Shown here in pieces: positions 1 through 9,824 of a stretch of DNA of 64,000 nt. Positions within the stretch are counted from its first letter, which is position 1. The number at the start of each line of letters is the position of its first letter. The position numbers were made by a program, and so were the translations under genes. The notes beneath the pieces are model-generated. The model saw only the letters and a program-made list of their open reading frames with translations, was not told the DNA's origin and ran no database searches. This DNA is from an uncultured virus (IMG/VR IMGVR_UViG_3300042447_001246) (Duplodnaviria > Heunggongvirae > Uroviricota > Caudoviricetes). The DNA lies in IMG/VR virus record IMGVR_UViG_3300042447_001246. One strand, given 5' to 3'.

Positions 1-2
1 GA

Positions 3-593
3 CATTATTTCCTGCCAAAACCAAACCAGGTTAATTATCAGAACCTTGGTTCCGAATGGACAGAGATAGAGCGAGTTGGAAGAATTCCATTGGTCGACTG
101 GAAAAACTACAGACTAATGAAGGTTTCATTTCAGTTTTTAGTTATTCCAGACAATACATATAGAACCGGTGCATTTGGAGAAACAGCAGACGATGGAATA
201 ACGTTCTCAATTGATGAAAAGTTGGAAAATCTTAGAAATATGGCGGCAAGGCCGTACCCGGTAATACTTTATGGATTTGATGACCTTTTGATAAATTCGA
301 ATCCATTTTCTATGTCAACCGGTGCAGGCGTCCAGTTTGTAATAAATGAATTAACAATATCTTCTCTAATCAGAACAACAACAGGCTCGATAAATAGAGC
401 AACGTGTGACATAACTCTTCAAGAAGTACCAATTGAATACATCAATATCATTTCATTGCCAAAACTCGTTCCTGGACAAATAATCCCTCCTCCGCCAACC
501 CTTGTCCCACCAGCATTCGGAGAGAGAGACTCCTTCCTAGACAGAGTGCAAAATTATGGGAATCCATTCAAGACAACAACGCAGGAACCATAG
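3..593 (+). CDS. Tail tube-initiator/baseplate-associated protein, 5'-truncated
   Basis: The frame is open from nt 3 (HYFLPKPNQVNYQNLGSEWTEIERVGRIPLVDWK...), so the gene starts before the window. It lies directly upstream of the hub/spike/wedge genes. Confidence 0.5.
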   Translation, partial: HYFLPKPNQVNYQNLGSEWTEIERVGRIPLVDWKNYRLMKVSFQFLVIPDNTYRTGAFGETADDGITFSIDEKLENLRNMAARPYPVILYGFDDLLINSNPFSMSTGAGVQFVINELTISSLIRTTTGSINRATCDITLQEVPIEYINIISLPKLVPGQIIPPPPTLVPPAFGERDSFLDRVQNYGNPFKTTTQEP

Positions 594-2219
594 ATGGCAA
601 CTTTTCAATACGTAAGTCCAGACATTGGTGCGTATTCAGGGAATCTACCAAATACTGCTGGAAAGATTTCAATTGGCTCACTATCCGATGGCGTGATGAC
701 CAACATAGACCACTCCATCATTTCGGTAAGCGTTGATTACTCCATGAATGAGGCATCCCAGCTGAGCTTCGATGTGATTGAAACAATGAATACTGATTTT
801 TCACAGATTGCAGAAGCTGAGAGAACATATCCAAGAGTTCTTGAATTTGCACAAAATAATTATTTTCAAATCGGCAGAGATGTAATATATGAAACAAATA
901 CCCTGAATGAGATAAGCAATACAAACAACTCTGGAACAAATTTAATAAAACAAAAACAACTTTTTGAGATTGCAAGCGTAACATTTACCCAGGGTCCTGG
1001 CGGAAGTCCAGTATGGCAGGTTAAGTGTTTTACAAAAGCAATACAACAGATGAAGAGAGACAGAAAACCAGGCACGGTAAAAGGAACTGGAAGTACATTT
1101 GTAAAAAATGCAGCAAGAAAATACGGGCTTAAGTACTTTGGTGAAGAAACATCAAAAAAACAGACCGTAACAAAAGCATCTGGAGATAAACAAGCCGACT
1201 CGCTATGGGACGTTCTAACCAGACTTGCGCAAGATGCAAAATTTGTTATTTATGAAGTCGATGGATTCTTGGTGTTCGCTTCAGAAAAATTCCTTATGCA
1301 TAAATGGGGTATTGACAGTGGTGACACTGTTCGAGTTTGGAGTAAAAAAGAAAAAAAGTTTAAAACAAAAAGCACAAAATACATACCGCTTCAATACCCT
1401 GCTGTCGGCAAAGGGACTCCTGGTTATTTTTTTGCTATGTCCTACCCGACTATAAATGTGTCAACAAATGACCCCAGGTACGGAGATGGCTCGATAGTTG
1501 TTGATAGACAAAACGGAACTCAGATAAGACCAGGAATGACAGCGTATGTTGGTGATGTTCCAAGTCTGAACGGATACTACCTAATTGACTCGGTGGGCTT
1601 CACAGACAGAACACCAGACCCGGTGACTGTTAATTTCAGAAAACCAACACTTGAGAAAAAAGAAGAAAAAGAACTACCAGTAGGAGTTAGGTTTCTTCAA
1701 ACAAATGCTGAAAGACCAATACCTACAAGGGTTGCAGCAGCCGCCGTACCATATCCACCAAACGGCGCATACTTTCCGCTTCCGACAGAATTCACTGAAT
1801 ATGATTTTCCATCTGTCTACCCTCGCATGAAAAGCGGTTTGGTGTCTATCGGCAACATCCCTCTTTACTCGCGTCCAATACTGACGGTAAATGGTGAACC
1901 CAAAACTACATTTTCAATCACGATATTCCAAAAACCAGATTTAACAATTAATCCAAATGGATGGAAACCAGGGAATACTGCGGTTCTAATAACACCAATA
2001 TGGACTGTTGGTGGATTTGCGGTAGAACTAACAGAGGCAGAGGCAATTGCTAAGTATCTGTCTGATGGATTGTTTTTAGCAAAACTTGACAGTCCTGCAA
2101 ATGCATCAAAGTATGCAGACTTTATCCATAGGCAGCAAGTAGAGATACTGAGAGTCAGATTTCCAGAAATTGATTTCTATAACGGTGGCGTCTATCCCAA
2201 TACGGCTGGTTTGACATGA
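594..2219 (+). CDS. Baseplate hub / late-control D-like tail protein
   Basis: 541 aa. Contains 'ISVSVDYSMNEASQLSFDV', 'DSLWDVLTRLAQD..FVIYEVDGFLVF' and 'IRPGMTAYVG..NGYYLIDSV', a hub-like pattern. Fits myovirus baseplate gene order. Confidence 0.6.
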   Translation: MATFQYVSPDIGAYSGNLPNTAGKISIGSLSDGVMTNIDHSIISVSVDYSMNEASQLSFDVIETMNTDFSQIAEAERTYPRVLEFAQNNYFQIGRDVIYETNTLNEISNTNNSGTNLIKQKQLFEIASVTFTQGPGGSPVWQVKCFTKAIQQMKRDRKPGTVKGTGSTFVKNAARKYGLKYFGEETSKKQTVTKASGDKQADSLWDVLTRLAQDAKFVIYEVDGFLVFASEKFLMHKWGIDSGDTVRVWSKKEKKFKTKSTKYIPLQYPAVGKGTPGYFFAMSYPTINVSTNDPRYGDGSIVVDRQNGTQIRPGMTAYVGDVPSLNGYYLIDSVGFTDRTPDPVTVNFRKPTLEKKEEKELPVGVRFLQTNAERPIPTRVAAAAVPYPPNGAYFPLPTEFTEYDFPSVYPRMKSGLVSIGNIPLYSRPILTVNGEPKTTFSITIFQKPDLTINPNGWKPGNTAVLITPIWTVGGFAVELTEAEAIAKYLSDGLFLAKLDSPANASKYADFIHRQQVEILRVRFPEIDFYNGGVYPNTAGLT

Positions 2220-2303
2220 GCAATGTGAAAATTATGAACCTTCATTCAATTAAGCACTTTAATGTAAACTTTACTTGTCAAACTCAAAGAAACAAGGCTT
2301 AAC

Positions 2304-2681
2304 ATGACTACCCCTAACATTGTAAATAGAGAAAAAGGCTCGTCTCACCCGCTTCAGCCTGGACAGTTTTATAAGGGAATCGTTGAATATGTTAACGATT
2401 CTGGTCTTGTGACGGTCAAAGTAAACGCACTTGGTGCTTCATTCGGCCCGGTTGCGCCGGTTGGGGTGACTACCCTCAATAAGCTCAACAAGGATGACGT
2501 CGTAACGTGCACATTTACTGATGAATTTTTTACTGAATTGATAGTTTTTGGTTCTTCCAATATAAAAGCCGATGTATTTGCATCGAAGGTTGTTGTCGAC
2601 GGTCTTGTAGCCACAATAACAAGTCTTCAGAGTCAAATCACAGCCCTCGATGGGCGCGTAACCACATTGGAGAACGCATAA
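2304..2681 (+). CDS. Baseplate spike (gpV/gp45-like) protein
   Basis: N-terminal OB-fold-like 'FYKGIVEYVNDSGLVTVKV..DDVVTCTF' and a C-terminal coiled coil. Sits between the hub and wedge genes. Confidence 0.5.
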   Translation: MTTPNIVNREKGSSHPLQPGQFYKGIVEYVNDSGLVTVKVNALGASFGPVAPVGVTTLNKLNKDDVVTCTFTDEFFTELIVFGSSNIKADVFASKVVVDGLVATITSLQSQITALDGRVTTLENA

Positions 2682-2989
2682 TGGACATGATTAAATTTCC
2701 AGTAAAGTTTGACAGAAGCGGTTTACAAAAACACAGAGATGGGAGCGAGGACTACTACGCCCAGCTCTTGACAATATCAATTCTCACAGAGCCAAGAACA
2801 CACGTATTCTCTCCACGTTTTGGCGTTCTTGACCCATCATTTCGCGGAATTGACAAGGGCGTATTTATTTTAAATGCTGCGAGATTCGTGCCTGAAGTAC
2901 AAATAACAAACTTAAATACGAATATCAATACAAATGGGAACGAAATGAAAGTTGAGTTTTCTTTTAGGGTTAAAGGCGAGGTTAGATAA
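2681..2989 (+). CDS. gp25-like baseplate wedge subunit
   Basis: 102 aa with 'IKFP', 'ILTEPRTHVFSPRFG' and 'ARFVPEVQI'. Translationally coupled to its neighbours. Confidence 0.65.
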   Translation: MDMIKFPVKFDRSGLQKHRDGSEDYYAQLLTISILTEPRTHVFSPRFGVLDPSFRGIDKGVFILNAARFVPEVQITNLNTNINTNGNEMKVEFSFRVKGEVR

Positions 2990-4437
2990 TGGCCGCAGAT
3001 TTTTCCAAATATATCGACCTAAGCATATTTGATGCTGAGCCAGGCGACATTTATTTTGACGCGATAGAAGCTGCAAGATTAACTCTTCCTGAATTCAATC
3101 TGCGCGTAGGAACTCCAGAGGACGCAATATTTCAAGCTGCAGCATATATTGGCTCGTTGAGTATTGCATCAATAAACAGACTTCCAGACAGGTTGATGGA
3201 AGGAATAATGAACATACTTGGCTACTCAAAGCAGCAGGCTGTTTCGGCCGAGGTCGACGTAACCATAACTCTCGATTCTTATTCGGGCGGAACGATTCCT
3301 GCTGGAACAATATTTAGTTATGAGACATTATTTGAAGACGAAGTGACAGAATTTGCTTTTCAGACTTCCACAACAGTTGTTATTGAAGGGATTGAGAACC
3401 CTGGACCAGAAGACGACTTGCCTAGTGCCTCGGTAACAGTATCCTGCCTGACTCCAGGAATAATCCCACCAATAACCACGCCGGGGACAGAACTTAATGT
3501 AATCAGTGCTGGAACAAATATATTTTCCGTAGTTACTTTTTCAAATTTTACAAACGGCATAAATGCGGATGAGGATTCAGATTACTTGTCTAAATCCGCA
3601 ACATATCTTCGCTCGCTGAGTTCCGCTATAAATAAATCATCACAGCTTGATGCATATGTTATATCAAGCTATCCAGATGTTGTTGGTCGCGCTAAATCAT
3701 ATGACCTAACAGATGGCGACCCAGGACTTGGCGATATATCTGTTCCAAGACAGTCGAACGTTGTGACAACATTTCTTAATACAAACCTTGCTACTGTTGA
3801 GACTGACGAAAATCACCTATTTGTTGTTGGAGACGTTGTTACCCTTGAAAACTGTGGAGCTTCATTTAACGGACAAAGAACAATCACTGGAGCATCAGAC
3901 ACAACATTTTCTTTTGTTAGCGTAAACACAAACTCTGGAAGCACAAGCATAACTGGAACAGCATCTGCTGGAATCGAAAATCCTGGCAATGTTTCACTAT
4001 TCACTTATGGACTTAATACTTTTTTAACAAGTACCGAAAAAGAAACGATACTCCTAGATATCACAGATAGGTCTGTTGCTGGTCTTTCCTTCAATGTGCT
4101 TGATGCAAATCTATTAACAATGGAGTTGGTTGCATCTATTGTTCTTGACCCATCATTTGTGCAAGAGACATTGCAGGAGAATATTGAAAACAATATAGTT
4201 GCATATCTATCCCCAGCTGAATTTCCATTTGGTGATGACAGGGTTAGAAAAACACGTCTTATTTCTTTAATTAGTAATATCCCTGGTGTAATTTATGTTG
4301 AGTCTCTTTCAATAACTGGAACAAATAATGGATGGCTGCCTCAGTTTGGTGACGATATTCTCTTTTTGAATAAAGGCTCTCTCCCGCTTATCTCTGCAGA
4401 AGATTTGACTATAACTTATACATTGGCGCCTGAATGA
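2989..4437 (+). CDS. Baseplate J-like wedge protein
   Basis: Contains 'GTIPAGTIF' and 'GINADEDSDYL' (the J-family G.D.E.D..Y motif). Follows the gp25-like gene. Confidence 0.75.
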   Translation: MAADFSKYIDLSIFDAEPGDIYFDAIEAARLTLPEFNLRVGTPEDAIFQAAAYIGSLSIASINRLPDRLMEGIMNILGYSKQQAVSAEVDVTITLDSYSGGTIPAGTIFSYETLFEDEVTEFAFQTSTTVVIEGIENPGPEDDLPSASVTVSCLTPGIIPPITTPGTELNVISAGTNIFSVVTFSNFTNGINADEDSDYLSKSATYLRSLSSAINKSSQLDAYVISSYPDVVGRAKSYDLTDGDPGLGDISVPRQSNVVTTFLNTNLATVETDENHLFVVGDVVTLENCGASFNGQRTITGASDTTFSFVSVNTNSGSTSITGTASAGIENPGNVSLFTYGLNTFLTSTEKETILLDITDRSVAGLSFNVLDANLLTMELVASIVLDPSFVQETLQENIENNIVAYLSPAEFPFGDDRVRKTRLISLISNIPGVIYVESLSITGTNNGWLPQFGDDILFLNKGSLPLISAEDLTITYTLAPE

Positions 4438-4438
4438 T

Positions 4439-5965
4439 ATGGCAACAACAGTAAACCTCCTATCGGCTGACAGCGCCCTGCTGAGGTCAACATCTGCAAG
4501 CGTCACTATCCCTATTTCTTCCTCTGGAACAGAATGGATTTCAACAAATAGCACGCTCAGCGTTATACCAACTGAATTCATCACAAACTTGCGGTACGTT
4601 CTACGAATTGCGCCTTCTGGTTCTGGTGATATAACCATAATTCTAGATGAGCAACTTTTAAGACTTGCTGAAAATGGAGAAACATTATCCTTTAACGCAA
4701 AGATAAGACCATCTTCCGAATGCACTATTACTTCTCAGCTCGTGGTTGATGGCGAGACCGCAATCGACCCTCATCAACAAAGTCTTTCTGGTGGAGTGTA
4801 TGGTGCCATACAGTCAAATACTGTTTTGGTTCCAGATGATGAGCAAGTGCATTCTGTTTCCGCATCAATAACGGTATCTGGTCATGGTGGTGGAAATATA
4901 TACTTAACCTATCCAAACCTAATTAATGACAGAGCTTTCTACAACAATCAATACATACCGCTGTCTAGAAACTTCATGCCAGATTTCTATTGGGAAATAG
5001 ATAGCGCAGAGCAGTATCCGACTGCTCCATTTCATAGATTAATCGATGTTCTCACATCTGCAGGAAATGAGGTAATGGCCGAGTACCAATCAATATATCC
5101 ATTTGAACGTAACGAAATCAGTAACGCAGAACAGCTTGCAGAGCTAGAAATAAACAGCTCTCTTACAAATCCTGCATTTGTAAAAGACAAGTACATTAAC
5201 TGGCTCTCTCAGTTCAGCGGCTCCGGTATTCGAAAAAATATTTCCAAATCAGATGGGTCACGATTTTTTGAAACTTATGGGGAAGAAAGAGAATTCATAG
5301 AATGGCAGCTGCTTACATCCTATTATGGACGTGGTTCTGGTACTCGAGGTGCTTTACTCAACTCGGCAAAGCAAGTGCTAATAAAAACCAAAGACGATAC
5401 CGAATCATCAAGAAGCGTTTCTATAACTCCAAACTACAACGGGGATAATTGGAGCTTTCTTGTAAGAACTCTAGAGAACGAAACGCCAGATGCATCAAAC
5501 GGTGAATCCAGCCATCTCGTCCTTGCTGCAATGGAACCAGCAAGGCCAATGGGTTATAAAATTTACCATAGCACCGTTGATGAGTTCTATTTAACACTTA
5601 ACGATATATCATTTGGGCGTCTCTCGGAGATAAGACTTGGTGTCGTTGTTGCCCCCACAGACGCTCCAGACAGCATTACCGTGACCTCTGTGACGTCTAC
5701 AAGTGCAACCCTTACGTTCTTGCCACTTTCTGTTCCAGGGGGCGGAGATGGTGGTGGAATCATCTCGAATTACCAGTATGCGCTGTCAACAAATGGGACA
5801 ACTTATGGTTCATACACAGCACTGTCGCCTGCAAAGGGGAGCCCGCCCATCACCATAACAGGGCTTAGTAGTTCAACAAATTATTGGGTCAAGTTGAAAG
5901 CGGTTAATGAAGCTGGTGTTAGCGCAGTTGAATCAGCCGCCGTTACCTTCACGACTTCGGCATAA
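4439..5965 (+). CDS. Baseplate wedge/tail protein I-like, with C-terminal fibronectin type III domain
   Basis: 'YINWLSQFSG' and 'YGRGSGTRGAL' resemble gpI motifs. The C-terminus 'APDSITVTSVTSTSATL..ITITGLSSSTNYWVKLKAVNEAGVS' is FN3-like. Confidence 0.6.
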   Translation: MATTVNLLSADSALLRSTSASVTIPISSSGTEWISTNSTLSVIPTEFITNLRYVLRIAPSGSGDITIILDEQLLRLAENGETLSFNAKIRPSSECTITSQLVVDGETAIDPHQQSLSGGVYGAIQSNTVLVPDDEQVHSVSASITVSGHGGGNIYLTYPNLINDRAFYNNQYIPLSRNFMPDFYWEIDSAEQYPTAPFHRLIDVLTSAGNEVMAEYQSIYPFERNEISNAEQLAELEINSSLTNPAFVKDKYINWLSQFSGSGIRKNISKSDGSRFFETYGEEREFIEWQLLTSYYGRGSGTRGALLNSAKQVLIKTKDDTESSRSVSITPNYNGDNWSFLVRTLENETPDASNGESSHLVLAAMEPARPMGYKIYHSTVDEFYLTLNDISFGRLSEIRLGVVVAPTDAPDSITVTSVTSTSATLTFLPLSVPGGGDGGGIISNYQYALSTNGTTYGSYTALSPAKGSPPITITGLSSSTNYWVKLKAVNEAGVSAVESAAVTFTTSA

Positions 5966-6009
5966 ATAAAAATGATAAACTTTTCACTTAATAATAAGGA
6001 GATTTAAAA

Positions 6010-6987
6010 ATGGCTGGCTCAGGAATCAGGGTATTTGCTTCTGGAGAGATACTCACGGCAGCACAGGTTAATGGCTATCTCATGGACCAGACTGTCACCC
6101 GTTTCGCGGACGCCGCAACTCGCGACGCCGCTTTTGGCGGAGTGGGGCAGCCAGCGCTAGATGAGGGCCGTATTTGCTACCTCGATGATGTGAACTTAAT
6201 TCAATTTTTTGACGGCGCTACATGGGTTGACTCAGCCCAGTTTACCGTAGGCGACGGAACAATCTCTAACGTAAAGCTTGCTGCAAACTCTGTAACATCA
6301 GACAAAATTGCTCCGGGAACCGTAATCGCGGCGGATATAGCTGCTGGAACAATCACGGCAACAGAGTTGGCAGATGGGGCGGTTACTTCAGGCAAAATTC
6401 TTAACGACACCATTGTCAACGCCGATATAAACAGTTCCGCGGCAATTGCTGACACCAAGCTTGCAACAATTTCAACTGCTGGAAAAGTTTCTAACTCGGC
6501 AACAACTGCTACAGATGCCAACACTGCTTCCGCGATAGTGGCCCGAGATGCTTCTGGAAACTTTGTTGCTGGAAAAGCAACGCTTGCAACGGCAGATGTA
6601 ACCACAGTAATTGAAATGGCAAATATTGTTTCAGCTTCAGCCAATGGGACAATCAATATTGATTTCAACACAAATCCAACTGTGTACTACACCGGAAATG
6701 CATCAGCTGACTGGACGCTAAACGTAAGAGGAACATCAAGCGTCTCTCTTAATGACACTATCTCAACTGGACAAATTGCTACAGTGACTTTTCTTGCAAC
6801 GATAGGTACGACGCAGAGAAGACCGACTGTATTCCAAGTCGACGGTTCAGCTATTACGCCAAAGTGGATGGGTGGAGCAGCTCCAACTATCGGAAATGCA
6901 AGCTCGATAGACGCCTATACGCTGGCAATTATAAAGACTGGTAGCGCTGCGTTCACGATGCTTGCGAGTCAGACAAGATTCGCATAA
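6010..6987 (+). CDS. Tail fibre-like structural protein
   Basis: RBS AAGGAG upstream. N-terminus 'FASGEILTAAQVNGYLM', short 'AVTS.KI' repeats and a beta-rich C-terminal domain. Confidence 0.65.
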   Translation: MAGSGIRVFASGEILTAAQVNGYLMDQTVTRFADAATRDAAFGGVGQPALDEGRICYLDDVNLIQFFDGATWVDSAQFTVGDGTISNVKLAANSVTSDKIAPGTVIAADIAAGTITATELADGAVTSGKILNDTIVNADINSSAAIADTKLATISTAGKVSNSATTATDANTASAIVARDASGNFVAGKATLATADVTTVIEMANIVSASANGTINIDFNTNPTVYYTGNASADWTLNVRGTSSVSLNDTISTGQIATVTFLATIGTTQRRPTVFQVDGSAITPKWMGGAAPTIGNASSIDAYTLAIIKTGSAAFTMLASQTRFA

Positions 6988-6993
6988 AAATAT

Positions 6994-7929
6994 ATGCCAT
7001 TTGTCAATCGCATCGGAAGCGGAGCAACCCGCAAGTTCGGGTTTGGGACAGGGGTTAAACCTGGCGCACCAACGATTGGGACGGCCACACGGGGAGACCA
7101 GCAGGCAAGCGTTGTTTTTACTGAACCCGCAGTACTTGGAACTGGGGCACCTACGTATACGGCTACTTCAAGCCCAGGTGGCTTAACGGCGTCCGGTGCA
7201 AGCTCGCCAGTCGTGGTTACAGGTTTAACAAACGGTACCGAATACACATTTACAGTCACGGCATCCAACTCTTTTGGCTCGTCGACATCTGGGTCTTCAA
7301 ATTCAGTGACCCCAGCAGGAGTTCCAGCTACACCTTCAGCTCCAACGCAATCTGCAGGGAACGCTTCAGTCGCCCTCTCATGGACTGCACCATCGGCCAA
7401 TGGTTCTGCAATTACCGATTACAAGATTTACTACGCAACTTCAGAAGCCGGCACTTACACGCTATTCAGCGACACCGTAAGCACCACTACGTCAGTCACG
7501 GTTACTGGACTAACGAATGGCACAGCCTATTACTTCAAGATTGCCGCAGTAAACTCAGTTGGAGATAGCGCCCTGTCTGCTGCTTCTGCTTCTTCCACTC
7601 CTGCCGCTCCACCGTTCTTCCCGTTCTTCCCTACCTTCGCTCCACCGTTCTTCCCGTTCTTCCCGTTCTTCCCTGACTTCGTCGACCCATGTGCTGGCGT
7701 GAATTGCGCTGCATACGGAGCCCCACCAGGGGGAGTATGGCAATCACAGGGATTTAACACCCAACCTTGGGACCCACACTGCATTAATGCAGGATACCCT
7801 GCAGACCCACCATACTGCTGTAACTTTGGCACCAACACATGTGGGAGCGGTAATTCGTATTGGACCTCGTATATCAGCTCAGATGGTTGTTGTCAATTTA
7901 ACTTGTATGTATACTGTGCTTGCAGTTAA
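6994..7929 (+). CDS. FN3-repeat virion protein with (PFF)n linker and 10-Cys C-terminal tail (paralogue A)
   Basis: Two FN3 domains ('VTGLTNGTEYTFTVTASN', 'VTGLTNGTAYYFKIAAVN'), then PPFFPFFPTFAPPFFPFFPFFPDF, then a Cys-rich tail. Confidence 0.8.
   Translation: MPFVNRIGSGATRKFGFGTGVKPGAPTIGTATRGDQQASVVFTEPAVLGTGAPTYTATSSPGGLTASGASSPVVVTGLTNGTEYTFTVTASNSFGSSTSGSSNSVTPAGVPATPSAPTQSAGNASVALSWTAPSANGSAITDYKIYYATSEAGTYTLFSDTVSTTTSVTVTGLTNGTAYYFKIAAVNSVGDSALSAASASSTPAAPPFFPFFPTFAPPFFPFFPFFPDFVDPCAGVNCAAYGAPPGGVWQSQGFNTQPWDPHCINAGYPADPPYCCNFGTNTCGSGNSYWTSYISSDGCCQFNLYVYCACS
7606..7680 (+). repeat. Coding tandem repeat of CCGTTCTTC (Pro-Phe-Phe) within a short internal duplication
   Basis: gctccaccgttcttcccgttcttccc occurs twice in tandem, with 2 and then 3 copies of the 9-mer. 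Confidence 0.9.
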
Positions 7930-7966
7930 GATGTTCACAACCAACACGCTAAAGGATTGACTATCA

Positions 7967-8200
7967 ATGGAACCAATTAACATTTATCCGCAAGATAACC
8001 CGGACAACTTTCTATGGGTTGCTTTTGTCGTTGATGGAGAGGTTGGGGTCAAAATGCCGTTTCCACTACAAGCAAACCTATTGACAGCGGTTATGTCATC
8101 AAACCCACAGGCTATTGTCATCACTGAAGAAGACAGACTCAATGTTACAACCGGATGGACATATAGTGACGGAGTATTCAGTCCGCCGGCAGGTGAGTGA
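7967..8200 (+). CDS. Small 'VVDGEV' protein, paralogue of 37147-37392
   Basis: Shares VVDGEV...S(N/D)P..I.I...GW.Y..G with 37147-37392. Confidence 0.7.
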   Translation: MEPINIYPQDNPDNFLWVAFVVDGEVGVKMPFPLQANLLTAVMSSNPQAIVITEEDRLNVTTGWTYSDGVFSPPAGE

Positions 8201-8430
8201 GAATGACGCCATGGCAGGAATATAAGAAAAAACTTGGCACGACCAGGCCATGGGACATGGTCAATCCAAAAGCTGAGCATGTTTCGGTAGAGGAGGCTAC
8301 GGCGCGTATGGATATATGCGAATTGTGCCCAAGTCTTCTAGGGGCTACTCATCAATGCAAGGAGTGCGGATGTTTCATGAAGTTGAAGACGAAACTCAAG
8401 AACGCTGAGTGCCCTCTTGGAAAATGGTAA
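8197..8430 (+). CDS. Small Cys-rich, putatively metal-binding protein (DUF6171-like)
   Basis: R..IC..CP.......CKECGCFM..KT......CPLGKW pattern. Confidence 0.65.
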   Translation: MRMTPWQEYKKKLGTTRPWDMVNPKAEHVSVEEATARMDICELCPSLLGATHQCKECGCFMKLKTKLKNAECPLGKW

Positions 8431-8446
8431 TTTCAATCACTAATCT

Positions 8447-9118
8447 TTAATACCTGTTTCTTTCGTAAAAACCTATTTCTTTTACGAAACCAACTACAAC
8501 ATACCTCACTGGTCCATCAGAAACAGTCTTTACCCCATGTTCGTACTCGCTGTTGCCAGGGAAAAATAAAAGGTCTTTTGGATTTGGTTTCAAGGCAATT
8601 TCACGATTCTTGAAGAAAATCTCCCCAGAATTGTAATCATCGTTTATATATAGTATTGAGGCATACCTGATTGACGGGTCAGTATGTTGGTCAACATGTG
8701 ATTTCAATTCCGTGCCGGGTGGCAATCTTTGCACGGTTGATAAACCGCTAAGAGTTAGAGATTGGTCGCATTCAAGTATCATTGATGACAAGCGGCGATG
8801 AATAGAGCGACAAACACCAAGATGCTCAATACCTAGTGTCTTGTCTGAAAAACCATGGGTGATTTCAAATTTTCCCTCTGCAATCAAGTTGTCAATATCG
8901 GTTCTTCCAAACTTGAGCTTGCAAAAATTAACAACACCAGACATGTAGTGGGTTTCCCAATCTTTTTGCGTAGTGTTCTCTATTGCACTAGTTATCGCAT
9001 CTAGCTCTTCCTGTGTTATGAAATTTTTAATCCGAATCAACTCGTCGGTAATTTCTTCAAATTCCAGATTATTCAACTTGAGTTGAAGCAGAAAGTTCTC
9101 AATCATTGGCGACACCAC
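8447..9118 (-). CDS. 2OG-Fe(II) oxygenase, prolyl-4-hydroxylase-like
   Basis: HVD...YINDDYNSGEIFF...HGV...RY: the HxD..H triad plus the 2OG-binding Arg. Confidence 0.85.
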   Translation of the reverse strand: MVSPMIENFLLQLKLNNLEFEEITDELIRIKNFITQEELDAITSAIENTTQKDWETHYMSGVVNFCKLKFGRTDIDNLIAEGKFEITHGFSDKTLGIEHLGVCRSIHRRLSSMILECDQSLTLSGLSTVQRLPPGTELKSHVDQHTDPSIRYASILYINDDYNSGEIFFKNREIALKPNPKDLLFFPGNSEYEHGVKTVSDGPVRYVVVGFVKEIGFYERNRY

Positions 9119-9795
9119 AAACAGTCACAATATTCCTCAACAAAATAACTATGATTCATTTGTTTTTCATTTCTAAGCCTATAATCTGTATCTGGCTTGT
9201 AGTCTCTGCTATGAGTGACATATCGCTGGTCGAATATCTGCGCCACTTTAGACCTGTTAGAAGCAACTGTTTTTCTAAATAAGTGATGTGTAGGTGTTTT
9301 TTTTGGTTTTGCATTATTTTTGAGTCTTTCTTCATTTTCTTCAAAATGTTTTTTTACGTCAGCTAAAAGACTAAGACCTATTTCACTATGTAATTTAAGA
9401 ATAAAATTACAATTGTTGGACCCAGGAAGCCCATTTACTTGGTCCCCATTTGGCAAGGCAACCATTTCTATTGTGTGGTTTAATTCATGAAGTATTGGCT
9501 CTATATTTAATATTGGAATTGAATCCAAATCCGCATACATGCCGCCGTAAAAACAGGTCACAGAATATCTCCAGATATCCGATTGAGTCATTCCTGAATA
9601 ATTGTCATATATTTCGGCCTCAATTGGAGATAGGCATAAAATATTTATTACTTCTTCGCGTCTTTCTTTGGGGTTTTTAAAACAATATTTCCAATCTGGA
9701 TATGTGTTTTTCCATAAGTTGCAGCATTTTTTGAAAGATTCATGAAGTTCTTCAAAGTCGCACTCATATGTTTGAAATATGTTTTTATTCCACAT
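9103..9795 (-). CDS. Glycosyltransferase, GT32/OCH1-like DXD family
   Basis: 'KNIFQTY', 'W...YPDWKY' and 'QSDIWRY....YGGMYADLD'. Confidence 0.8.
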   Translation of the reverse strand: MWNKNIFQTYECDFEELHESFKKCCNLWKNTYPDWKYCFKNPKERREEVINILCLSPIEAEIYDNYSGMTQSDIWRYSVTCFYGGMYADLDSIPILNIEPILHELNHTIEMVALPNGDQVNGLPGSNNCNFILKLHSEIGLSLLADVKKHFEENEERLKNNAKPKKTPTHHLFRKTVASNRSKVAQIFDQRYVTHSRDYKPDTDYRLRNEKQMNHSYFVEEYCDCLWCRQ

Positions 9796-9824
9796 TTCAA
9801 ATTCTTACACTGTTATATAATTTT

